From positions 7,759 to 57,824 of the forward strand of contig CAZFKA010000001.1 in assembly GCA_964519155.1 (NCBI GenBank): 50,066 nt of DNA, written 5' to 3'. Positions within the stretch are counted from its first letter, which is position 1; every line of letters starts with the position of its first letter. Under the pieces are notes generated by a model. The model was not told the DNA's origin, searched no databases, and was given only the letters and a program-made list of their open reading frames with translations. The stretch is from an uncultured Bifidobacterium sp. GTDB lineage: Bacteria > Bacteroidota > Bacteroidia > Chitinophagales > Chitinophagaceae. Shown here in pieces: positions 28,845-36,701 of the stretch. The position numbers were made by a program, and so were the translations under genes.

Positions 28845-29600
28845 CTACTCGAGCTTCAATTCGCTGAGTACGATTGATTTCCGGCGTTGTGAAACCGGCA
28901 CAGTCTGGTTTCCTTCGAGCAACAGACTTCCCCCATCGCTTTTGATAAACTTCTGAATTTTATCTTTATTCACCACATGTGAATGATGAACCCGAATAAA
29001 CCCAAAAGGCAGCAAAAGATCTTCATATTCTTTTAAACTCCGTGACACTGTGATCTTCTGCGAAGGAGCAATATAAAATTCAGTATAGGTACCTTCGGCC
29101 TGACAGCGAATAATATCGGCTACCTTAACAAAATAGATCGTGTCGTTATCTTTTAAAACAATTTTTTTCTCCTGGGTTTTTCCGTTTTGCATCATTTCTT
29201 TGAGCCACTCCAATTGTTTGGCGTTGTACCGATCGCTGATTCTGGCCTGTACTTTTGCCACGGCAAATTGCAATTCGCCTATCATCACTGGTTTGAGCAG
29301 ATAATCTACCGCATTCAATTTAAAAGCATTCACTGCATACTGATCATATGCCGTAGTAAAAATCACCATACAATCTTTCCAGTTCGATTTTTCCAGGACC
29401 TGAAACCCATTGCCATCGCCGAGATTAATATCGAGAAAAATGAGATCCGGCTTACATTGGTCAATAGCCGTTACAGCCGCAGATACACCATCAGCTTCAG
29501 CCACAATAGTCAGTTCAGCGGCAAAGGGTTGCAGGAGATCTTTGAGTGCGTTTCTTGCCTGCTTTTCATCGTCGATGATCAAACACTGAATTAATTTCAT
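28845..29600 (-). CDS. LytTR-family response regulator
   Basis: 251 aa. The receiver domain shows IIDDE ... DLIFLDINLGDGNG ... K. The C-terminal LytTR domain shows IYFVKVADIIRCQAEGTYTEFY ... FIRVHHSHVVN. Its start overlaps the kinase stop in ATGA (29597-29600). Confidence 0.9.
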   Translation of the reverse strand: MKLIQCLIIDDEKQARNALKDLLQPFAAELTIVAEADGVSAAVTAIDQCKPDLIFLDINLGDGNGFQVLEKSNWKDCMVIFTTAYDQYAVNAFKLNAVDYLLKPVMIGELQFAVAKVQARISDRYNAKQLEWLKEMMQNGKTQEKKIVLKDNDTIYFVKVADIIRCQAEGTYTEFYIAPSQKITVSRSLKEYEDLLLPFGFIRVHHSHVVNKDKIQKFIKSDGGSLLLEGNQTVPVSQRRKSIVLSELKLE

Positions 29601-32600
29601 AAACTACTTTTTAAAATGTGAAAAATTATTTTGGTGCCACAAGCGTTGCCTGCTGCATCATACAGGTCAATTATGCGGAATTGTTCTTCTTCCGTGAGTT
29701 TGTCTTGCGCATTCAGCAACTCAATACGCTTGCGGGTGACGGCGATGCCAGTTGACTGATACGGTCGGTCTTTATTCAGTTGATAAGAAAATTCTCTGCC
29801 GACTCCATTGTCCTCAATTTCGCATCGGATACGTTCATGATCATCGGCGATCCGCACAGAAATTTTACCTATTGTTTTTAAAGGTGCAATACCGTGATTA
29901 ATAGCATTCTCCACAAAGGGCTGAATCAACATGGGCGGTATCTCCTCATTATTGTCGAGCAAACCCTGATCGACGCTAAGTTCGTATGTAAATTTATCTT
30001 CGAAACGAAGCGTATTCAAATCGAGATACAAGCGCAGTATTGTTACTTCTTCGCTGATGCTGATAAATTCTTTACGGCTTTGATCGAGTATCAAGCGAAG
30101 CAAACCCGAAAATTTACCGATATAGGTCCGTGCGGTTTCCACATCACCCGATGCATAAAATCCCTGTATGGCATTGATGGCATTGAAAATAAAATGAGGA
30201 TTCATATGCAGGCGCAATGCCTGGTGTTTAATTTCTGACAATTCCTTTTCATACACCGCCTGTTGTTTTTGGGTTTCCAGTTTTTCGTTTTCCAGATTGA
30301 GTAATTGTTCCCTGATCTTGTGTCGCTTTTTGATACGGGCAAATTGCTTTTGCAACAGAAAGATCAACAGCAAAATGAACAGCAAGGCAACAGGTACAAC
30401 AAACCACCAAGTAGCCCAAAAGGGAGGTTGAATATGAATCTCCACCGATTGCACTGGTGAATTGATACCTTTCGGATTAACTGCCATGACTTCAAAAGTA
30501 TAGTGACCGGGTGACAATGCCGGGTATTCAAGGATGGTGTTGCGGGTATAGTTCCAGTGAGTTTCAAGACCTTTCATCCGATACTTATACTGTAAATTTC
30601 CCAATGCCCGAAAGAATATGCCGGCGAATTTAATTTTAACAGAGTTGTGCTGATAGTCGCTATAATAATCGCCGGCGAATGCTTGTAGCATATTGTTGAA
30701 ATATACGCCTTCGATATTGATGAGCGGTTGCTTCTCTGCAAGATGTAGATCAGCTTCTGAAAGCAGGCATACTCCTTCCTCGGTTGCCACATAGATGTCA
30801 TCACCATCCTTGATAACATCGTTCACGTTTTGGGTGACAAGTCCATCTGCTTTTGAAAAATTTTCGATTGTAAAAATCGGGCGATCGCTTTGTGTACTAT
30901 ACGTAATTTTACTCAATCCTGCAACGCTGGCTACCCAAACCCGATCGTCGCTATCGGCGTAAATTGCGTTGATAAAGTTTGAAGCCAATCCTTTCGACTG
31001 ATCAATTACAAAGAGTTGACCCTTGCGAATGACCAAGACCCCAAATATATTAGACGCCAACCAAAGCATACGGTCAGACGTTTCCTGTACACGGTAAATA
31101 TTCTTTGATAAAAAACTATGATACCCGGGCAATGCAACAATATGATCGTTCACGAATTGTCGCACACCAAACAACCCGTATAAATAAATATTACCAGAAT
31201 ATTTGCCTTTGTATAAGCCATTCGCTTTGATATTGACGATATTGACAAACGTGTCGGAAGCAGCCTTTTCAGACTGGTTGTCAAATGTATTTAACGCATT
31301 TGCATTGTCGATTTCACGCAAACTGTTTCCTGCCACCATCAGTACTTTATTATCCGGCTGAAACAAAATATCACGGGCAGCTATGGTAAACACTTTTACA
31401 GTGAAATCGCGCGCATTGATTCTAATCATTACAGATCCTAATGTGGCATAATAATCTCCCTGACGTGATAAGCGAATCTTTTCAACCTTTCCTTCTCCAA
31501 ATTGTTTGGGCATTTGTATATATTTCAGATCATGATCTTTCATCAGCGCCAATTGAAAGGCATTTGACCCGAAAGCAATGGACCCGTCGGCGAGCTTGTC
31601 TACAAAACTGCAATAATCAAATCCTAAGCCTGATTGCGTATTCAATAATCGGATGTTTGAATTGATAGACAAAAACAAACCCTTGTTCAGGCTACTTACC
31701 CACAAATTGCCTTCCCGATCACGCAACATGCCGCTGACAGAAACTTCATTAAATGAGTGCGACAAAATTTCACCACGACTTTCATCCCAACGATAGAGAC
31801 CATTTTGCGTACCGACGAGTAGCGTATGATCGACATCGGCAATGATGCTCTGGGTCATATAAGGCAACTGGCATATCGTATGAACTTCCGTGTTCAGGTT
31901 GCCTCCCTCCATGCGGTTGCTGACAATATCGGTACGTTGGGTATGATATATCGTGCCACGGCTCACCATCGATTTCGATTGCAATTGAGGCGCGTTCGGC
32001 GACACGATATCAAAAGGATACACCTGACGGGTATTGATATTGATAATGGCATCCGATTCTAACACCAGTACTTCGCCTTTTTCGTTCAGACTGATACTTG
32101 AAAACAGTTTAGATTCATTTTTATACAATTCAGTTACTTGATCGTCAGGGCTGATTTTATATAAATTAAAATGCGTCAGCAGAACGATATTATGTTCTCT
32201 ATCTTCCAGCGTTTTCAATCCGGGCCCTTGATTATTGATCAATGCCAGGAGGCGATTATTTTTTTGGTCAAAAAATTTGTTCCCGTAATAATAGCAGGCA
32301 TTCCCATTATTGCAGGCGAACCAGATACGTCCTTTGGAATCCTCATAAATATCGAAGATCATGTTATCGGCGAGGCCGTCGCTGGTAGTATAGGTAGTGA
32401 AATGGTAGGCATCGTATCGTACCACACCCCGGTCAGTACCCAGCCACACATAGCCTTTGGAATCCTGAAAAATACAGTAGACCGTATTGCTGGGCAACCC
32501 GTCCTTCATCGTATAATTAATATAAGCAGGTTGCTGGGCATTTGATGTTTTATAAAAACTGCACAGTGACAAAAGCAATAAAAGGATAAAGCCCTGAAGT

Positions 32601-32623
32601 TGATACTTATCCTTTTTAGTCAT
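29597..32623 (-). CDS. Sensor histidine kinase: periplasmic two-component-regulator propeller repeats plus Y_Y_Y domain, TM helix, LytS-type His_kinase/HATPase
   Basis: It has repeated D..G..W.GT..G motifs, a Y_Y_Y-like segment (LQYKYRMKGLETHWNY...YTFEV), and a TM helix (WWFVVPVALLFILLLIFLL). The kinase core has HMNPHFIFNAINAIQ and an ATPase part. The track start is GTG 32653, but ATG 32623 (MTKKDKYQLQGF...) is preferred. Confidence 0.9.
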   Translation of the reverse strand: MTKKDKYQLQGFILLLLLSLCSFYKTSNAQQPAYINYTMKDGLPSNTVYCIFQDSKGYVWLGTDRGVVRYDAYHFTTYTTSDGLADNMIFDIYEDSKGRIWFACNNGNACYYYGNKFFDQKNNRLLALINNQGPGLKTLEDREHNIVLLTHFNLYKISPDDQVTELYKNESKLFSSISLNEKGEVLVLESDAIININTRQVYPFDIVSPNAPQLQSKSMVSRGTIYHTQRTDIVSNRMEGGNLNTEVHTICQLPYMTQSIIADVDHTLLVGTQNGLYRWDESRGEILSHSFNEVSVSGMLRDREGNLWVSSLNKGLFLSINSNIRLLNTQSGLGFDYCSFVDKLADGSIAFGSNAFQLALMKDHDLKYIQMPKQFGEGKVEKIRLSRQGDYYATLGSVMIRINARDFTVKVFTIAARDILFQPDNKVLMVAGNSLREIDNANALNTFDNQSEKAASDTFVNIVNIKANGLYKGKYSGNIYLYGLFGVRQFVNDHIVALPGYHSFLSKNIYRVQETSDRMLWLASNIFGVLVIRKGQLFVIDQSKGLASNFINAIYADSDDRVWVASVAGLSKITYSTQSDRPIFTIENFSKADGLVTQNVNDVIKDGDDIYVATEEGVCLLSEADLHLAEKQPLINIEGVYFNNMLQAFAGDYYSDYQHNSVKIKFAGIFFRALGNLQYKYRMKGLETHWNYTRNTILEYPALSPGHYTFEVMAVNPKGINSPVQSVEIHIQPPFWATWWFVVPVALLFILLLIFLLQKQFARIKKRHKIREQLLNLENEKLETQKQQAVYEKELSEIKHQALRLHMNPHFIFNAINAIQGFYASGDVETARTYIGKFSGLLRLILDQSRKEFISISEEVTILRLYLDLNTLRFEDKFTYELSVDQGLLDNNEEIPPMLIQPFVENAINHGIAPLKTIGKISVRIADDHERIRCEIEDNGVGREFSYQLNKDRPYQSTGIAVTRKRIELLNAQDKLTEEEQFRIIDLYDAAGNACGTKIIFHILKSSL

Positions 32624-32668
32624 TTGTAAAAAAATACTGTCCTTCAATATCACAGATTATAGTTGAGT

Positions 32669-32701
32669 CAAATATACACTGAAAAAAACGGGGTTTCCAA
32701 A
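32669..32701 (-). promoter_or_regulatory. Candidate Bacteroidota sigma-A promoter of the kinase/regulator operon
   Basis: The minus strand has TTTG (32701-32698), 21 nt of spacer, then TATATTTG (32676-32669, exact TAnnTTTG). It lies 46 nt upstream of ATG 32623. Confidence 0.4.
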
Positions 32702-32768
32702 GGACCATCAAACAAGTCTTTTGCTGGTTTCGCTTGCGTAATGTTTTGATGTTCTACCCAACGACAAA

Positions 32769-32802
32769 GGAGTTGCACTGAAATAAATTTCAATGCAACT
32801 CC
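32769..32802 (-). terminator. Hairpin downstream of the tail-fibre-like gene (probable terminator)
   Basis: ggagttgca pairs with tgcaactcc (9 bp), and an inner tgaaat/atttca stem adds 6 bp. It lies 35 nt after the stop at 32837. The trailing T-run on the minus strand is only TTTG, so this is a weaker intrinsic terminator. Confidence 0.5.
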
Positions 32803-32836
32803 ACACAAAGCACAGTGTTCTTTGGTCGGGGTTTGG

Positions 32837-35773
32837 CTATTTTTTCTCTAACGCTTCAAGACGTTTGATGAGTTCGTTATTGATTTTTTGTTGTTCTTCA
32901 ATTTGCTTTTGTTGTTGTTCGGCTTTTTCATTGAGTTCTTTGATGGCATTGACATAGGTAACGAGTATTGGATGAATATTGAGATTCAGGTATCCATCTT
33001 CATCGGTACCCACAGCTTCAGGAAAAATTTGTTGCACTTCCTGCGCACTGAATCCGATATTTTGTGTTTCCAGTACTTTGTCAGAGAATTTGCGGTTCTC
33101 AACATTCTTATACTGGTAGGTAATTGGATTCAATTGCAAAATTTCGTTCAACCCTTTTTTGTAGCTGCCATTGATATTTTTCAAACGGGCATCTGAAGTG
33201 ATGGTCCATGTGCTGGTCGATGGCTTACGCCCCTGATCAAGACTGAGTTCAAACTGACCGCCGGGTATAGCCGTACCAATACCGACCCGACCATTACCCA
33301 AGATACGCATCAATTCGGTTGATGTTGCATTGGTTACCCCAGCATAAAATACGTGACTGTTTGCCGTGGTGCCGATCTGATAACGCAGTACACCAGGATT
33401 AACCCCCAAACCGAAAAATTGATTGTCGTTATTGACGTTTTCATACAATACAATTTTTCTGTTGACAGTTGCATTTCCAAAATGCAACGGAGCATGAGGA
33501 GTACTGTTTCCGATCCCTACACTTCCATCACCTTGTATTCGCATAATTTCGTTCGATGCGGCAGCCCAGGTAGCCGCATAAAAAATATGGCTACTCGATG
33601 TATTCCCCACCTGATAACGCACGGCGGCAGAATTAATACCAATACCATAAAATTCGTGATCGTTGTTTGCATTTTCATACAATACAATGCGCCGGTTAGC
33701 CGCAACATTGCCAAATTGCAGGGCGGCATTTGCCGTATCGGTTCCAATACCCACATTACCATTGCCCTGAATCCGCATCAACTCTTTTGACGAAGTACCG
33801 TTGATGGCAGAATAGAAGACGTGATTTCCGCCTGGTGCACCAACCTGATATCTGATGAGTCCGGCATTGATACCAAACCCATAAAAGCTATGATCATTAT
33901 CAGCATTTTCTGCAAGCACAATTTTTCGATTTGCCTGAGCATTCGAAAATTGCAAGGGTGCATGTGGAGTTGCGGTGCCTATACCCACGTTGGTACCATT
34001 ATCATACATCGCGCCGTTTCCAATAGAGTTGGCCGTGATAAACCGAGGAACATAGTTAACTGTTCCGGTACCGGTAACACCATTAGGGGTCACCCAACTA
34101 GCCAACCCACTCGCATCAGATGTCAGCACTTTTCCTGCGCCCGGTGTTCCCCCGGTTATTTTCACCTGTCCGGCCACTTCAAGCTTTGCACCCGGAGTAG
34201 CTGTTCCGATACCGACATTGCCGTTTCCCTGTACGCGCATTAATTCATTTGATGTAGTAGCGTTGAAACCGGCATAAAATACATGACTGTTTACAACATC
34301 TCCCACCTGATAACGCATGATACCGGAATTGATCCCTAAACCAAAAAACTGATGATCATTATCTTGCACTTCATACAAAACCGCTTTACGATTTCCCACT
34401 GCATTTGCAAATTGCAAGGGAGCATGGGGCAGTACATTATTGATACCTACATTGGTACCATTATCGAAAATGATTGAGTTGCCAATAGTGTTTGCACCGG
34501 TAAACTTAGCCAGTGAATTTGCACCACCAGCGCCCCCAATATTTCCGGCAACAGGAGTGGCCCAGCTCGCGAGACCGTTTGCATCACTGGTCAACACTTT
34601 TCCAGCGCCGGGCGCACCGCCTGAGATTTTGATCTGACCGGCCAATTCTGTATTACCCGCTGCAGTAAGATTTACTATGGGGGTATTATTGGTACCGAGC
34701 GTCAGTGTACTGTTTTCTTTGTTCATGATAGTTGCCGTATTACCGGTAGTTGCGATATTTAAACCATCAGCAGCAGTGTGGCCGGTTGTTGCGTTGGTGA
34801 TCATGAGTGTATCACCGGTACTGCTATGATTTAAATGAACATTGGCAGCAGGTACTGCACTTCCACCGATGCCAATATAGCCACTTCCTTGTTGCGCATT
34901 GAATTTCAAAACGGTAGTGCCATTGCTGACAATTCCAATCCCGACATTCCCATTATTGGCGAGCATAAACGGCCCGAGGTTATTGCCAAACGCCAGCATA
35001 TTGGCATATGGAAACTGGCTCGCGATGCCCGGGTAACCTCCCGGAAATGCACTACCGTATTTGGTAAATGTTGCATAGTTGCTTGCAATGTCATTGTGCA
35101 TCAAGAATTTTCCAAAACCGGCAGAGTTGGTGTTTTGCATACGAATATGTTCAACATTTCCGTTTGTGGTAAGCAAATGCAGCTTAGATGCCGGCGACGT
35201 AGTACCAATACCTACATTGGTGCCATTGTCGAAAATCTGTGAATTGTAAATCGTGTTGGAAGCCGTAAATTTCGTCAAATAATTGATTGTTCCGGTACCG
35301 GCTGCATCTGTTGACACATTGCCGGAGCGGGTTTTGTCATGACCATTTTGCGGCGCACTTCCAGCTCTGTCTGCATAGATAGCGTAGGGTACCGAAAGCA
35401 ATTGATTTGTACCCATTGATGAAAAGTTACTTCCACCTGTCACGTCGATGGCCACTTGAATATACTTGTTTCCGGTTTCCCACTTCACGGATTTCATTGA
35501 TGATTTTAGCGGATGGCCATTACCGATTTGCAAAGAATACAAACCGAATTCATTGGTACTGATGGTTTGCACTTCTTCGTATTCGGCTTCAGTAGCGTCT
35601 GCACCGGGTAGAACACTTAAACGAATCGTCATTTGTTGATTTTTTAGCGGATTACCACTTTTATCTCGGGCTATACCCTGATAATTGAATAGCTGAGGAA
35701 CCTGCGCTGCGAGTGTGCCGGCCATCAATAAGGCCAGGAAACTCAGCATTAGTTTTTTGATTGTCTGTTTCAT
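32837..35773 (-). CDS. Secreted tail-fibre-like protein with C-terminal Peptidase_S74 intramolecular-chaperone domain
   Basis: 978 aa with a signal peptide (LSFLALLMAGTLAAQ). It has internal GxGT-rich repeats. The C-terminus is ...TWTITSDARLKNI...LNPITYQYKN...GFSAQEVQQIFPEAV..DGYLNLN plus a terminal coiled coil (EKAEQQQKQIEEQQKINNELIKRLEALEKK). This is the pattern of endosialidase and tail-spike chaperone domains. Confidence 0.8.
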   Translation of the reverse strand: MKQTIKKLMLSFLALLMAGTLAAQVPQLFNYQGIARDKSGNPLKNQQMTIRLSVLPGADATEAEYEEVQTISTNEFGLYSLQIGNGHPLKSSMKSVKWETGNKYIQVAIDVTGGSNFSSMGTNQLLSVPYAIYADRAGSAPQNGHDKTRSGNVSTDAAGTGTINYLTKFTASNTIYNSQIFDNGTNVGIGTTSPASKLHLLTTNGNVEHIRMQNTNSAGFGKFLMHNDIASNYATFTKYGSAFPGGYPGIASQFPYANMLAFGNNLGPFMLANNGNVGIGIVSNGTTVLKFNAQQGSGYIGIGGSAVPAANVHLNHSSTGDTLMITNATTGHTAADGLNIATTGNTATIMNKENSTLTLGTNNTPIVNLTAAGNTELAGQIKISGGAPGAGKVLTSDANGLASWATPVAGNIGGAGGANSLAKFTGANTIGNSIIFDNGTNVGINNVLPHAPLQFANAVGNRKAVLYEVQDNDHQFFGLGINSGIMRYQVGDVVNSHVFYAGFNATTSNELMRVQGNGNVGIGTATPGAKLEVAGQVKITGGTPGAGKVLTSDASGLASWVTPNGVTGTGTVNYVPRFITANSIGNGAMYDNGTNVGIGTATPHAPLQFSNAQANRKIVLAENADNDHSFYGFGINAGLIRYQVGAPGGNHVFYSAINGTSSKELMRIQGNGNVGIGTDTANAALQFGNVAANRRIVLYENANNDHEFYGIGINSAAVRYQVGNTSSSHIFYAATWAAASNEIMRIQGDGSVGIGNSTPHAPLHFGNATVNRKIVLYENVNNDNQFFGLGVNPGVLRYQIGTTANSHVFYAGVTNATSTELMRILGNGRVGIGTAIPGGQFELSLDQGRKPSTSTWTITSDARLKNINGSYKKGLNEILQLNPITYQYKNVENRKFSDKVLETQNIGFSAQEVQQIFPEAVGTDEDGYLNLNIHPILVTYVNAIKELNEKAEQQQKQIEEQQKINNELIKRLEALEKK
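32840..33196 (-). other. S74-type intramolecular chaperone/autocleavage domain plus coiled coil (last 119 aa)
   Basis: It begins at the Ser codon 33196-33194 of the SDARLK motif. Coordinates were checked by reverse-complementing 33191-33200 (ACT TCA GAT = T S D). Confidence 0.65.
33272..34438 (-). repeat. Four ~78-aa coding repeats in the tail-fibre-like gene (three strictly tandem)
   Basis: The unit is P[HN]A[PA]LQF.NA..NR[KR].VL.E...NDH.F.G.GIN....RYQVG.....H.FY........E.MR.QG.G.VGIG. By my count the copies cover aa ~446-524, 601-678, 679-755 and 756-834. A G.[IV]KI.GG.PGAGKVLTSDA.GLASW.TP module occurs twice. Confidence 0.7.
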
Positions 35774-35829
35774 GTTTTTTGTTTTTTATCTGGAAAAAAT
35801 TTTATTTTGATGAGTGATGGATTGCCGCT

Positions 35830-36366
35830 CTATCGCTTTTGAATATTAAAGGTTTGCGATACTGCTTGTTGATGGTCGGCCTGAGAAGTTACGTTCAGAA
35901 AATACTGCCCTGCCGCATACAATCGGAAATCAAAAGGCCATTGATTACTGCCAGCCGACTGTACATAGGCATGTTGAAATAAACGGCGACCGCTGGCATC
36001 GTACAAAGTACATTCAATACCGGCGCCCACAGGCAAATCTGTTTGCACAAATAGGTGATCGTTAGCCGGATTGGGAAATACCTTTACCAAAGATGCAAAT
36101 GCCATACTGCCGCCTGTAACATTTTCCTGATTTCCGTTTGATTCGGATTTTCTGTCGGGTTGATGAAAACCCTGTGTCACGATGAGTTGCGCAGAATGTG
36201 CTGTGTTGACCAACACCATTTCACCTATGGAATAGAAATGTTGTGTCGAGCCTACAGTTGCCCGTCCGCTGCAAACGTTAAAGGATTGCTGAGCTTGGAG
36301 TTGGCTGCAAAACAGACACAATAACAAGGCAGAAGCAAAACTGATTTTGTGATTTTTTGTACTCAT
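35830..36366 (-). CDS. Small secreted protein with type A T9SS C-terminal sorting domain
   Basis: 178 aa with a signal peptide (ALLLCLFCSQLQAQ) and a ~70-aa N-domain. The C-terminal domain has the VKVFPNPANDHLFVQ motif typical of type A (Por_Secre_tail) CTDs. Confidence 0.75.
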   Translation of the reverse strand: MSTKNHKISFASALLLCLFCSQLQAQQSFNVCSGRATVGSTQHFYSIGEMVLVNTAHSAQLIVTQGFHQPDRKSESNGNQENVTGGSMAFASLVKVFPNPANDHLFVQTDLPVGAGIECTLYDASGRRLFQHAYVQSAGSNQWPFDFRLYAAGQYFLNVTSQADHQQAVSQTFNIQKR

Positions 36367-36638
36367 TTTGTTTATTATTCTTTTTTACGGTACAAAAATG
36401 GAATATGTATCTTGTTCATTGGCAGCACATTAATAAGCGACTCGACCTAAATAGCAAATGCATTCATTCTGCCTATAAGTGATATTGAAAATGTCACGGT
36501 TGAGCGATCAGCTCAATTGGCTAGGTAGTGGGTACATCCTTCCTTTGCAAACAGCGCGTCATGGGTATCAAAAACCGCTGTTGGTATTGTCGGGTAGCAA
36601 ATGCAACATTATGGTTATAGATGAGATAAAACAGCCAT

Positions 36639-36677
36639 AAAAAAAAGCATTCAATTCGCTGACAGGAATTGAATGCT
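36639..36677 (-). terminator. Rho-independent terminator after the giant adhesin gene
   Basis: A perfect 12-bp stem (agcattcaattc 36646-36657 paired with gaattgaatgct 36666-36677) encloses an 8-nt loop. On the minus strand it is followed by T8 (36646-36639). It lies 25 nt after the stop at 36702. Confidence 0.85.
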
Positions 36678-36701
36678 TTTCAAATTCACTAAGTGAAAAA
36701 T

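Noticed and set aside
33353-35242. Plus-strand ORFs (145, 140, 135 and 65 aa) and short minus-strand ORFs inside the tail-fibre-like gene.
   Set aside because: This is the same shadow-ORF effect of a Gly/Asn/Thr/Ala-rich repetitive gene. No independent start context or recognisable motifs.
32837-35773. Possible prophage or phage remnant because of the tail-fibre/S74 domain.
   Set aside because: There are no capsid, portal, terminase, baseplate, lysis, integrase or att-like repeats anywhere in the window. The protein has a Sec signal peptide and its neighbours are cellular genes.
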